DNA from: Acaryochloris marina MBIC11017
GTDB taxonomy: Bacteria > Cyanobacteriota > Cyanobacteriia > Thermosynechococcales > Thermosynechococcaceae
Reading direction: 5' to 3'
Assembly: GCF_000018105.1 (NCBI RefSeq)
Contig: NC_009925.1
Span: 1,440,001-1,472,000 of the forward strand
Length of the DNA: 32,000 nucleotides
Position numbers and translations under genes: made by a program. Below are positions 9,406-18,430 of this stretch, piece by piece. The notes beneath the pieces were generated by a model that was not told the DNA's origin, ran no database searches, and saw nothing but the letters and a program-made list of their open reading frames with translations. The first letter of the stretch is position 1. Each line of letters opens with the position of its first letter.

Positions 9406-10116
9406 GTGCAGATGGTCTTTCCCGATTCTTTGGAAACGTCAATATCCCAAGCCGTTGAGGCAACGAAATCTGCGATCGCAGATCACAAAACCCTGCTACA
9501 GATTGAGATTGCCATCCCCGAACTTAAGCCCTTACCCGTCGCCCAGCAATATCTCAGCCAACTGCCCAATCTAGGTGAGAACGTTAAAGTCTTTTTCTCT
9601 GATACGGGGGCAGCCGCTTTAGCCCGTCATCAATGGAAAGATATTTCCTACGAGTTGCGAGGAATTGAAGAATTAATAGACCCAGTGCAGCCCGAAAATG
9701 ATGCCTTTGTTTTTATTGCCCCCACCCCCGTAGAAGTGGGTAAGGTAGAGCAAATCTGTAGTCAGGCGGGTGATCGCGTCTGTATTTTGCTAAATCCCAA
9801 GCTAGAAGATGTTTCCATTGTCGGGATTGGCATGGCCGGACGGACCCTGCGAGAGCGATTCCTCAACAATATTGAATCTTGTTATTCTTTTCTGCCTTTA
9901 GAACGGGGAGCCGTGATTCGGTCCTACCCCAGCGAGTGGCAGATTTGGTGGGCCGAGGGGGAAGAAGATGAGCACCAGATTCTGGCCACAGAAGAAAGCC
10001 GTCCTTCAGGCGAACGGATCGGTCAGCTTTTGGCGTCATCGACGACAACGGAAGACAACCGTAAACCCGGTCTGTTGGACAATATGCAGCAATTTTGGAA
10101 AGCCCTTACTCAGTAA
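9406..10116 (+). CDS. DUF1995-like protein (cyanobacterial/plastid lineage family)
   Basis: 236-aa soluble product. N-terminus FPDSLETSISQAVEATKSAI...LLQIEIAIPELK is typical of DUF1995, recalled from memory. Start is GTG 9406 or ATG 9412. Confidence 0.5.
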   Translation: MQMVFPDSLETSISQAVEATKSAIADHKTLLQIEIAIPELKPLPVAQQYLSQLPNLGENVKVFFSDTGAAALARHQWKDISYELRGIEELIDPVQPENDAFVFIAPTPVEVGKVEQICSQAGDRVCILLNPKLEDVSIVGIGMAGRTLRERFLNNIESCYSFLPLERGAVIRSYPSEWQIWWAEGEEDEHQILATEESRPSGERIGQLLASSTTTEDNRKPGLLDNMQQFWKALTQ

Positions 10117-10124
10117 TCCTCCCC

Positions 10125-10577
10125 ATGATTTCTCCTCGACGACTCATGTACGAGCAGTCCGTGGTTTATCGCGGACATCTGATCATTCCCTATATCTATA
10201 GTGAGATTGCCCAAACCCCTATCTATGCCTATCGCTTGTTGTCTGAACTTAGTAGCCGCAGTGAATGGCATCGAGCCAATAACCCGGCAGGCCTGCACTC
10301 CAGTCGCATAGAAGGCATTTTGGATATTGCTCAGGAGCATTTAGAGGCGGAGGTGTCCGCTATTCCCACCATGGATTACTTTAAACAGCGCTATATCTAC
10401 AAGCAGAACCTGGTGATTATTTCAGAGATTGCGGGCAAATTCTTTTACGATCACTATCCACCCACTCGGCTAAATAATATTGCCGCTCCCAAGATTTTTG
10501 CCAGTGAATTAGCCTGTATTAATTGGGTCAAAGCTGGATTGGATCGCAACTTACAAAAATCTGCCTCTACAATGTAA
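10125..10577 (+). CDS. Hypothetical protein (150 aa)
   Basis: ORF beginning at the ATG at 10125, just after the upstream stop (the track start at 10095 is TTG and overlaps the previous gene). No recognisable motif. Confidence 0.5.
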   Translation: MISPRRLMYEQSVVYRGHLIIPYIYSEIAQTPIYAYRLLSELSSRSEWHRANNPAGLHSSRIEGILDIAQEHLEAEVSAIPTMDYFKQRYIYKQNLVIISEIAGKFFYDHYPPTRLNNIAAPKIFASELACINWVKAGLDRNLQKSASTM

Positions 10578-10600
10578 GTCAACCTTTCGTCCGTGCAGGA

Positions 10601-11869
10601 GTGCTTGTGAGCCCTACTGAACTTGCTCAAGATCCGTCTGCGGTATCCGCTCAATCCTTTAGTGCCACCAACTTTGATCAGGATGTAATGACCACTTACG
10701 GTCGTTTCCCCATCGCCCTAGAGCGAGGACAAGGTTGTCGCGTCTGGGACACAGATGGGCAAGAGTATCTAGATTTTGTCGCCGGGATTGCCACCTGCAC
10801 CTTGGGCCATGCTCATCCTGCCCTAGTGGCAGCAGTTACGGCCCAAATTCAAACCCTCCACCATGTCTCTAATCTGTATTACATCCCCCCACAGGGTGAT
10901 CTCGCCCATTGGCTGACCCAGCACTCCTGTGCCGATCGCGCCTTTTTCTGTAATTCAGGGGCGGAGGCCAACGAAGGGGCAATCAAACTAGCCCGGAAGT
11001 ATGCCCATACAGTTTTGAATATTGAGCAGCCGATCATCTTGACGGCGGATGCTAGCTTTCATGGCCGGACCCTAGCCACTATTACCGCTACCGCACAGCC
11101 GAAGTATCAAAAGAATTTTGATCCGCTGGTGCCTGGATTTGTGTATGTGCCGTTTAACGATTTGGCCGCCCTCAAGGATAAAATCGCCACCTTAGATCAC
11201 GACCAACGACGAGTTGCAGCTATCCTCCTAGAACCTTTGCAGGGAGAAGGAGGGGTGCGCCCCGGACAACTGGAATACTTCCAAGGCGTACGCCAGATTT
11301 GCGATCAGACTGGAATCTTGCTGATTCTGGATGAGGTTCAGGTCGGCATTGGCCGAACCGGAAAACTCTGGGGGTATCAGAATCTAGGTATTGAACCCGA
11401 TGTGTTTACCCTAGCGAAAGGGTTGGCGGGGGGCATCCCAATTGGGGCCATGCTCAGCAAAGAATTTTGCAGTGTTTTACAACCGGGAGACCATGCCAGC
11501 ACCTTTGGGGGAAATCCCTTTGTCTGTGCTGCGGCCCTAGCCGTCCTCGATACGCTGGAAACTGAAAATTTACTAGACAATTCCGCCCAGCGAGGAGAAC
11601 AGTTACGGGCAGGACTGCATACGATTCAATCCCAATATCCAAACCTAATTGCTGAAGTTCGAGGATGGGGGCTGATTAATGGCTTGGTTTTGAAGGATGA
11701 GATTGAACTTACTTCGATTGAAGTGATTAAAGCAGCGATGGAAGCAGGTTTACTACTCGTTCCAGCTGGCCCCAAGGTTGTTCGCTTCGTGCCTCCCTTA
11801 GTCGTTAGTGAGGGAGAGGTGGATAAAGCTCTGCAAACCGTCCGAAAAGTGTTGGCTGAACTGGGTTAA
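10601..11869 (+). CDS. argD: Acetylornithine aminotransferase (class-III PLP aminotransferase)
   Basis: YGRFPIALERGQGCRVWDTDGQEYLDF, FCNSGAEANEGAIKLARKY, LILDEVQVGIGRTGK, FTLAKGLAGG (PLP lysine). The start is uncertain: GTG 10601, GTG 10607 or ATG 10688. The track start at 10523 overlaps the upstream gene. Confidence 0.85.
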   Translation: MLVSPTELAQDPSAVSAQSFSATNFDQDVMTTYGRFPIALERGQGCRVWDTDGQEYLDFVAGIATCTLGHAHPALVAAVTAQIQTLHHVSNLYYIPPQGDLAHWLTQHSCADRAFFCNSGAEANEGAIKLARKYAHTVLNIEQPIILTADASFHGRTLATITATAQPKYQKNFDPLVPGFVYVPFNDLAALKDKIATLDHDQRRVAAILLEPLQGEGGVRPGQLEYFQGVRQICDQTGILLILDEVQVGIGRTGKLWGYQNLGIEPDVFTLAKGLAGGIPIGAMLSKEFCSVLQPGDHASTFGGNPFVCAAALAVLDTLETENLLDNSAQRGEQLRAGLHTIQSQYPNLIAEVRGWGLINGLVLKDEIELTSIEVIKAAMEAGLLLVPAGPKVVRFVPPLVVSEGEVDKALQTVRKVLAELG

Positions 11870-11962
11870 AGCGGTCAGGGATATTGCACTATCCCTCTGT
11901 GCCTGGTTTGCTTTGGCAGAGGAAATGTTGGCGATCTAGCCATTCCCAAAGAGAAGCGAATA

Positions 11963-12793
11963 TCACCTTTTTTGGAACTTCACGGCAATAACTGCATAGT
12001 GACGTGGACCAAAATTCCAATGCCAGGGGCCAACGGGTTCTAGGCTAGCCACCTGCTGGCTGAGAACCGGATCTTGACCAAAGAGATTGACGATTGCAGC
12101 GGGATTTACACCATGGAAGAAATTTCCCTGTCGAATCAGCTGCACCAGCACCTGACTTAGGTTTTGTGTGGGAACACTGGCCAATGGCGGATAGGAATCC
12201 GAAGAAACCACATCTGTAACCAGCACCCCCCAACCACCTGAGTTCAAAAGCTTTAGCAACAAGCGCAAATGCCCCAAACGAATAGCTTGAATTACCTCCA
12301 CGAACTGAGGATGATCTTCACCTATCGTATCCACAATACTTTTAATCAACTGGCTCAAGAGACAGGTTGAGGCCACCACGTCAAAAGGACCTGGGAGTTG
12401 TCCAAGGCAGTGAGTTGGAGCATCAATACAGGCAGCAATATCCGTTTTTGAAAGGGGTGTATTGGGGGACCAGTGGGAAATCGGATCAATCATTCCGGTT
12501 AAATCAATCCCACTGTGCAAGTAGATATGACCCTGATCTGCGAGATTTTGCTTGGCTACTCCCTGGGCTAAGGCATCCCCATCAAGGTCTACTAGATGAA
12601 TCTCTGGGTGGGAATGGATCAGAGTCGTCAAATCCAGATCATTACAATTGCCAGCACCCAAAATACATAGACGAGACGAGTCCGAGCCATACTTCAACAA
12701 CGACGTGACTTGATTGCGATGTTCTGAAAAGGCATCCCAAGCATTATTGCTACTGCGATTAAAGGCAATTTGGCGCTGAATTAGTGAGTTCAT
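11963..12793 (-). CDS. Class-I SAM-dependent methyltransferase-like protein, substrate unknown
   Basis: Motif I-like LCILGAGNCNDLDL, acidic strand end IHLVDLD, FDVVASTCLLSQL, GGWGVLVTD. No DNA-methyltransferase (D/N/S)PP(Y/F/W) or PC motif. Confidence 0.55.
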   Translation of the reverse strand: MNSLIQRQIAFNRSSNNAWDAFSEHRNQVTSLLKYGSDSSRLCILGAGNCNDLDLTTLIHSHPEIHLVDLDGDALAQGVAKQNLADQGHIYLHSGIDLTGMIDPISHWSPNTPLSKTDIAACIDAPTHCLGQLPGPFDVVASTCLLSQLIKSIVDTIGEDHPQFVEVIQAIRLGHLRLLLKLLNSGGWGVLVTDVVSSDSYPPLASVPTQNLSQVLVQLIRQGNFFHGVNPAAIVNLFGQDPVLSQQVASLEPVGPWHWNFGPRHYAVIAVKFQKR

Positions 12794-12935
12794 GGATAGT
12801 GCTATCTCAGGCTAAAAATTCTCCCGCAGCAGGTTGGGATTGTTTGACGGAGTAACGTTTCACTCTCCCCATCACATTCCGTATGTCACACAACATCCAT
12901 CTAGTATCTGCCTAGATGAGTTGGGCAAAGCGTCA

Positions 12936-13889
12936 TTAGGCTGAAGCTAACTTATCCACTTTTCTCAGGGGTGTTATAGCAGACAACACGGGTTCATCCA
13001 TAATCTGAGATGTTGATTTAATCGTGATTTGGGGATTTTTATTGAACATCCGTAATTGTCCGGCCACATAGGCATAACTCCGCTTAGGCGCATTATCCAT
13101 ACTGAAGTATCGATTATTCAACAGATTCACAATGGCTTTGCCTGTGGGAGATTCCGTGTTGGGAATATATAGACTAAAGGGCTGTTTGACCGAGCCAATC
13201 TCGATTCGGGCACTCGTGGCAGTGATACGGCGGAGCGATCGCAACTCCGTAAACACCACAACCTTCTGCTGATGCTGGGCTCTTGCCACAATCTCTTCAA
13301 AGTCTAATCGGGAGTTGAGCAAGTCTGGCTGGTGAGCTTTATATTGACGGAACCCATCGATAATTTCGGCTCTGAGACTCCACCAAATCCCTAAAGCGGC
13401 ATAATTATGGATTTTTTCGCCATTGACCGCTAATTGGTCCCAAACTCCCAAATTTTCCTGCTGGGCATCTCGTTCTGCCTGTTGATACCGCTGATGATAC
13501 TCAGGAAATGCAGCATTGCCATATTTATTGAAATAGGGGCTGTATCCTTCGCGAATCATCACTTCTTGATAATCTACCCCCTGTTTGTGAATCAGCAAGA
13601 GCGGACGACCATAATTGTCTTGATAACGGCGATGACAAATGTCTGCGGGTTCCGTGCCAGGATATTCCAAAGTCACCTGATCCTGAGGCTGAAAAAACCT
13701 CTCGGCTCGTTCTTTAGCCTGTTGGCCCCAGGGAGTAATGATCTTATTACTGCCCGAATTCGATTCTTCTGTTTCAAGGTTGAGTAGACGCAGGGACTTC
13801 TCTTGGTCTAAATAGGGCAGCAGAACTCGAATGGTATCGCCATCAACCACCCGGACAACGGTTGCTTCTATAGTAGTTCCCAGAAACAT
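12936..13889 (-). CDS. Staphylococcal-nuclease (SNase/thermonuclease) fold protein with an uncharacterised C-terminal extension of about 165 aa; no signal peptide
   Basis: Aligns by eye to S. aureus nuclease: ATVVRVVDGDTIRV (ATLIKAIDGDTVKL), LRLLNLETEE (FRLLLVDTPE), YGRPLLLIH (YGRGLAYIY), AERDAQQENLGVWD (AEAQAKKEKLNIWS). Confidence 0.75.
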   Translation of the reverse strand: MFLGTTIEATVVRVVDGDTIRVLLPYLDQEKSLRLLNLETEESNSGSNKIITPWGQQAKERAERFFQPQDQVTLEYPGTEPADICHRRYQDNYGRPLLLIHKQGVDYQEVMIREGYSPYFNKYGNAAFPEYHQRYQQAERDAQQENLGVWDQLAVNGEKIHNYAALGIWWSLRAEIIDGFRQYKAHQPDLLNSRLDFEEIVARAQHQQKVVVFTELRSLRRITATSARIEIGSVKQPFSLYIPNTESPTGKAIVNLLNNRYFSMDNAPKRSYAYVAGQLRMFNKNPQITIKSTSQIMDEPVLSAITPLRKVDKLASA

Positions 13890-14009
13890 AACAAGGGCGT
13901 TCTGTTTGTAAGTCAGTCATAGCAGATATTGAGAATTTATACCTAGCTTCCAGGGGGCTTCCTCATGAATATTTACCTGACGGCCTATACCCCCATCAAA
14001 AATTCACGC

Positions 14010-14044
14010 AAAAAAAACCTCGAGGAGCATTTTACCCCTCGAGG
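14010..14044 (-). terminator. Rho-independent terminator of hspA
   Basis: On the minus strand, CCTCGAGG-(11-nt loop)-CCTCGAGG is followed by TTTTTTTT, about 60 nt after the hspA stop. Confidence 0.8.
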
Positions 14045-14102
14045 CAGGTATTACTAGAACTCGGTCCAGTCAATCGTTAGACCCAAGAGAGAGAGCTGGC
14101 GG

Positions 14103-14570
14103 TTAGGCATCGTCAGCTGCATCAATCGCAGGTGACTCGCCAGTCAAGTTAACCTTCACCACTTTGTGTTGTTCGGCTTCAACCTTGGGCAGGGTGAGGG
14201 TGAGCAAACCTTGCTCAAAGGATGCATCTACTTTGGTGTTTTGCACTTCCACCGGCAGCTTGGTGGCCCGTTGGAACTGTCCATAACGGATGTCAGAGTA
14301 GAGGCGCTTGGCATCTTCTGGTAGGTCCTCGGCATGGCGCTGACCTGACAGGGAAACGGACTTTCGAGTCACCTGAATATCCAAATCGTCCGCCTTAACC
14401 CCTGGCAAGAAGGCTTTGAGGACCAGGGCATTGCCTTGGTCCCAGACTTCAATTGCAGGGGACCAATTGACGGTGGACGTGTCCGTATCCAACATACCGT
14501 CAAAGAGGCGATCGAGTTGATGACGGATCGCATCTGCTTCTTCAATCGGATTCCAGTAACGAATCATCAT
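14103..14570 (-). CDS. hspA: Small heat-shock protein, Hsp20/alpha-crystallin family
   Basis: Alpha-crystallin domain (PAIEVWDQGNALVLKAFLPGVKADDLDIQV...GLLTLTLPK). The likely start is the ATG at 14570 (MMIRYWNP), with GAGG upstream. The longer track ORF adds an implausible N-terminus. Confidence 0.85.
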   Translation of the reverse strand: MMIRYWNPIEEADAIRHQLDRLFDGMLDTDTSTVNWSPAIEVWDQGNALVLKAFLPGVKADDLDIQVTRKSVSLSGQRHAEDLPEDAKRLYSDIRYGQFQRATKLPVEVQNTKVDASFEQGLLTLTLPKVEAEQHKVVKVNLTGESPAIDAADDA

Positions 14571-14730
14571 AGTTTTGTACCTCGCATTGGCTGTTATCAG
14601 TGAAGCGGTAACAACCGCTCTGTTTGTTTCGTTACATCCAATATGCAATACCCAAGGGGTGATCGAAAATCATGAGAACCCTATACAGGATGGAGAGAAA
14701 TCCTCCCCTCATTCCTAGGTCTAGCTCAGA

Positions 14731-14775
14731 AAAATTGCGGAGAACCGCCCAAAGATATCGGTTCTCCGCAATTTT
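14731..14775 (-). terminator. Strong hairpin terminator downstream of the DJ-1/PfpI-like gene
   Basis: The perfect 17-bp arms AAAATTGCGGAGAACCG (14731-14747) and CGGTTCTCCGCAATTTT (14759-14775) each include AAAA/TTTT, so it could act in both directions. Confidence 0.8.
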
Positions 14776-14914
14776 GAATCTTCTTGCCGCTTTCAACTTA
14801 TATTGATCGTTTTACTTTGACCGCATGATCAAGTGAACAGTGCTGTCCAATCGCCATCACTCTCTTCCTACCCCATGAAAGGGAGGAGCCTGAACAATGG
14901 AAGGTGAATCGCCT

Positions 14915-15640
14915 TTAGTGTGAATCATCAAAGTCTAAATCCAACGCCTTTAAGACTAAACCCGCCGTTTGGAAACCAGAATTTCTTTGCTGGCCAGTAA
15001 TCAAGTTTCCGTCCTGCATTGCAAATGGTGTGAAAGCAGAACTCGCCACAAATTTTGCACCGCGTTTTTTGGCCTCCTCTTCTAGAACGAAAGGAACCAT
15101 CATCGGGCCAACGTTTTGATCCATCCACTGCTCTTCTTTCTTGGAGAATCCCGTGATCATTTTGCCTTGAATCAACGGTTCGCCATTATCCAAGGTGGCA
15201 TTTAGGAGTAAGCAAGCACCTCGACAGAGGGTCGCGCTCGGTTTCTCGTCTTGGTAAAAGCTGACAAATAAATCGGTTAAAGCCTGGTCTTCCGGGAAAG
15301 TGTAGAGGGTTCCCTGACCGCCACAAACAAAGATGGCATCATAGTCGTGCGTATTGAGATCTGCGATCGCAGGGGTATTCGATAGCTGATCCGTAAACGT
15401 CGATTGCGTTAGGTATTTTGCTGAGAGGATATCTAACGATGAGAATCCCGATGAATCACGGGGGTCACTCAGGGCGTCAAGTTCAACAGGACCACCCTGG
15501 GAACTGGCGATGGTTACCTGACAGCCAGCAGCTTTGAACACATCGTAAGGATGGATCAGTTCAGCAGCCCAAATCCCCACAGGTTTGCCGGTGGTGCTGG
15601 TAGCTGAGTTAGAAACGATCATTAAGATGTGCTTTGACAT
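14915..15640 (-). CDS. DJ-1/PfpI (class-I glutamine amidotransferase-like) family protein
   Basis: ILMIVSN...AAELIHPYDVFKAAGCQVTIAS, YDAIFVCGGQG. Nucleophile-elbow region ATLCRGACLLLNA, where C-R-G replaces the usual C-H-G. Confidence 0.7.
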   Translation of the reverse strand: MSKHILMIVSNSATSTTGKPVGIWAAELIHPYDVFKAAGCQVTIASSQGGPVELDALSDPRDSSGFSSLDILSAKYLTQSTFTDQLSNTPAIADLNTHDYDAIFVCGGQGTLYTFPEDQALTDLFVSFYQDEKPSATLCRGACLLLNATLDNGEPLIQGKMITGFSKKEEQWMDQNVGPMMVPFVLEEEAKKRGAKFVASSAFTPFAMQDGNLITGQQRNSGFQTAGLVLKALDLDFDDSH

Positions 15641-15845
15641 TTTGAAAAGTAATGGGGATAGGGTTGATGGGTTAGTTCTGAACAGTGGTTCAAATAGTTA
15701 TTTCAGCAATTCTTTTTGAGTTAGTTATGTTTTGACGAATCAAATCGAACATTTTTATTTGCTGATAGTATTAATATGGCTACTTTGCACTGACAGTCAC
15801 AACTGTCTACTGGTTATTTCTTAGAGGGTAAAAGGCTAGTCTTCA

Positions 15846-15878
15846 GGTATCATCCACCTGGATATCCACCGGTATCAT
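15846..15878. promoter_or_regulatory. Composite repeat motif in the divergent DJ-1 / CHASE3-kinase intergenic region (candidate regulator binding site)
   Basis: GGTATCAT-CCACC-TGGATATCCA-CC-GGTATCAT. It contains a 10-bp palindrome TGGATATCCA, ATCCACC twice at 12-bp spacing and GGTATCAT twice. A 16-nt core recurs inverted at 18295-18310. Confidence 0.3.
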
Positions 15879-16103
15879 TGGCTGTTTTGGGCAGACTATT
15901 TCCCACGTATACAGGCTTGTTGAACGGTAACGGCTCTCGATGTCTAAGGAGCCATAAAGAAAGAACTGAGTAGAGCAATAGCTATAAGTGTGGTCTGGGC
16001 TTCTGGGGGGAAACCTAAGAGGATTAACCCCTGTTTCAGATCACAGCAAAGCCCTGTAAATTGTCTGTAAGTCACGGGTTGGGCAGTTGCTAAGACGATT
16101 GAA

Positions 16104-17594
16104 ATGGTTTCCTTTTTAAAAAAGCGATTATTTGCACCGTTATACGTCAGTTTGACGGTGCTTATTTTGCTGTTACTAACCCAAGAAGGGTTAAGCTTAG
16201 TCGTCAATATTCAGAAGCAACGCAACGTCAACCGTATCACCCAAACCTTCAAAATTAAGCGAGAAAGTGAGCGTTTACTTAGAGCCGCTCTAGAAGAAAA
16301 AGTGGCCCTTCGTGGATACTTGCTCAACAAAGATAAAGAATTTCTCCAACAGTATCGAGATGGTCGAACTGCTTTTAGCACCAGCCTAGATCGCTTATCC
16401 AATCTCCTCCAAGATGATCCGTCTCTCAAGGATAATTTAGGCGACATTTACACCTTCCATTCCCAATGGGAAGATCAATTTGTGCAGCCCGTCTTGTCCG
16501 GCTCCTTTGAACTTGAGGACTTATCCCAGCTGGGGTCATTGGATACGTTACGAGGCACGATTGATGGCATTTTGCTGTACGAAAAGGGACTTTTAAACGC
16601 ACAAAATAGGCGGCTAGCCCACTTGGAATGGCTCAATCAGCTGAGTTTCGTATTGAGTGGTCTCAGCATTGGCGTGATTACGATTGGCAGTGTTGGCAAC
16701 TTTGGACTCCTGCGCCGTCGAATGGTTTCTCCGATTCAACACCTGATGAAAGTCGGTCAAGCCTGGAAAACAGGTCAACTCGAGGTCCAAATCACCCATA
16801 CCTCAGAAGATGAAATGGGCCAACTCGCCATCATTCTCAATGATATGGCCCAAGATATTCGCAATCGACAAGAAAAGATTCAGCAACGAAACCAACAGCT
16901 TGAAGATTTAATCCGCACCTTCTCCCATGATTTACGTACCCCATTACTCGCCAATCGCAGTACCTTACATGCCATGGTCGGCGGGGCTTTTGGCGACGTT
17001 AGTGACTCCTTCAAAGAGATATTGGGGGAATCTCAAGACGCCAATGACAACCTGATTAAGCTGGTGGAAACCCTGCTCGATATTAGTCGCTACGAAGCCG
17101 AGGGAAGTCGTATCCTCAATCGAGAGCGGTTGAATTGGCATAAGATTTGCGATCGCGTCACCCTTTGGATTCAGCAAAGCACCCAAGACAGATGTCACTT
17201 AAAAACTGATATTAAATCCAACTTGCCTGATGCGATTGGGGATGCCATTGAAATTCAACGGGTTCTCCTTAATTTGGTCGAAAATGCCGTACGCTTAAGC
17301 GACCAGGGCAAAACCATTCGGATCGAGGTCCTGTCATCCCAACCTAGCCAGGTTCAAGTTGCCGTCCGTGATCACGGGCCGGGGCTGAAGGAGAAAGATG
17401 CGAAACACTTATTTCGACGATTTTCTCAAGGAACCGGTCGCCAAGGTCGAGCGGGGTTGGGACTGTACCTTTGTCGTCAAATTATTGAAGCTCATGGAGG
17501 GAAGATTTGGGTAGAAAGCACCATCGGTCAGGGCGCGACGTTCTGGTTCTCGCTGCCTATCGAGGCTTCACCATCACTCAACGGTACGGCCTAA
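16104..17594 (+). CDS. Sensor histidine kinase with CHASE3 sensor, HAMP, HisKA and HATPase_c domains
   Basis: N-terminal TM helix, then a CHASE3-like region (ESERLLRAALEEKVALRGYLLNKDKEFLQQY), a second TM helix and HAMP. H-box FSHDLRTPL, N-box NLVENAVR, G-boxes DHGPGL and GLGLYLC. Confidence 0.85.
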   Translation: MVSFLKKRLFAPLYVSLTVLILLLLTQEGLSLVVNIQKQRNVNRITQTFKIKRESERLLRAALEEKVALRGYLLNKDKEFLQQYRDGRTAFSTSLDRLSNLLQDDPSLKDNLGDIYTFHSQWEDQFVQPVLSGSFELEDLSQLGSLDTLRGTIDGILLYEKGLLNAQNRRLAHLEWLNQLSFVLSGLSIGVITIGSVGNFGLLRRRMVSPIQHLMKVGQAWKTGQLEVQITHTSEDEMGQLAIILNDMAQDIRNRQEKIQQRNQQLEDLIRTFSHDLRTPLLANRSTLHAMVGGAFGDVSDSFKEILGESQDANDNLIKLVETLLDISRYEAEGSRILNRERLNWHKICDRVTLWIQQSTQDRCHLKTDIKSNLPDAIGDAIEIQRVLLNLVENAVRLSDQGKTIRIEVLSSQPSQVQVAVRDHGPGLKEKDAKHLFRRFSQGTGRQGRAGLGLYLCRQIIEAHGGKIWVESTIGQGATFWFSLPIEASPSLNGTA

Positions 17595-17609
17595 ACCCAA
17601 GAGGTTATC

Positions 17610-18278
17610 ATGTCTGAGCAACCGATTCACTTACTCCTCGTAGAAGACCATGCCCTGATGCGGATGGGGCTAAAAGGGCAATTTAGTTTAGAGTCCGATT
17701 TTGAAGTGATCGGCGAGGCCGAAAATGGTCAACAGGCGATTGACTTAGCGGCACAGCTTCAACCCAATATCGTCCTGATGGATATTGAACTGCCTATTTT
17801 GGATGGCATCTCTGCCACCCAAAAAATTAAAGCGACCTGCCCAGATATCCGAGTTCTGGCCCTAAGCGCCTTTGGTAAAGACAATCAAGTGGTCGGCATG
17901 CTCGCCGCTGGGGCTGATGGGTACTGCTTAAAAAGTATTGATTGGCAGCAATTACTAGCCGTCATTCGCTTAATTCAAGGGGGAGGGACCTACTTAGATC
18001 CTCAAATCGCCCATAAGCTAGCCTCCATGCTAAAGTCTGCAAACACCCCCACAACCGCACCTGCCCATCGACAAACTGCTCCGGCAACCGTACTTAGTGA
18101 TCGAGAGCGAGAAGTTCTGCAGTTAATCAGTGAAGGCTGCTCCAATCAAGAAATTGCCAACCAGCTGTATCTATCCCTCGGAACCATCAAGTCCTATGTA
18201 CGGATGATTTTGAATAAGTTAAGCGTGGATGACCGGGTTCAAGCTGCAGCAAAAGCCGTTCGAGAAGGGTTGATCTAA
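17610..18278 (+). CDS. NarL/FixJ-family response regulator (receiver plus LuxR-type HTH)
   Basis: Receiver domain (LLVEDH...VLMDIELP...KS). C-terminal LSDREREVLQLISEGCSNQEIANQLYLSLGTIKSYVRMILNKL. Lies 15 nt downstream of the kinase. Confidence 0.9.
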   Translation: MSEQPIHLLLVEDHALMRMGLKGQFSLESDFEVIGEAENGQQAIDLAAQLQPNIVLMDIELPILDGISATQKIKATCPDIRVLALSAFGKDNQVVGMLAAGADGYCLKSIDWQQLLAVIRLIQGGGTYLDPQIAHKLASMLKSANTPTTAPAHRQTAPATVLSDREREVLQLISEGCSNQEIANQLYLSLGTIKSYVRMILNKLSVDDRVQAAAKAVREGLI

Positions 18279-18294
18279 CTTCATCCAATTAGGC

Positions 18295-18310
18295 GGATAT
18301 CCAGGTGGAT
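18295..18310. promoter_or_regulatory. Inverted second copy of the 16-nt motif ATCCACCTGGATATCC, upstream of the 18431 gene
   Basis: GGATATCCAGGTGGAT is the exact reverse complement of 15852-15867. It lies 17 nt after the regulator stop and about 120 nt before the next start codon. Confidence 0.3.
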
Positions 18311-18430
18311 ACTACTGGTCTAGGTGCAAAACTAGTCAGTAGATAGTAGGCGAAAAAATCAGCGTTCGGCAAACTGTAAAACACGTCAAGCCGTGCTCAA
18401 AGATTAATCGTTCAAAGGAATACCCTCTTC

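Noticed and set aside
10523-10600. An N-terminal extension of the argD ORF that starts at 10523 in the track.
   Set aside because: It overlaps the upstream gene by 55 nt and adds a non-conserved-looking peptide. A GTG start at 10601 or 10607, or the ATG at 10688, fits aminotransferase N-termini better.
15944-16207. An 87-aa minus-strand ORF spanning the start of the CHASE3 kinase gene.
   Set aside because: It overlaps the kinase start and its upstream region, has no motif and no SD sequence. It is most likely spurious.
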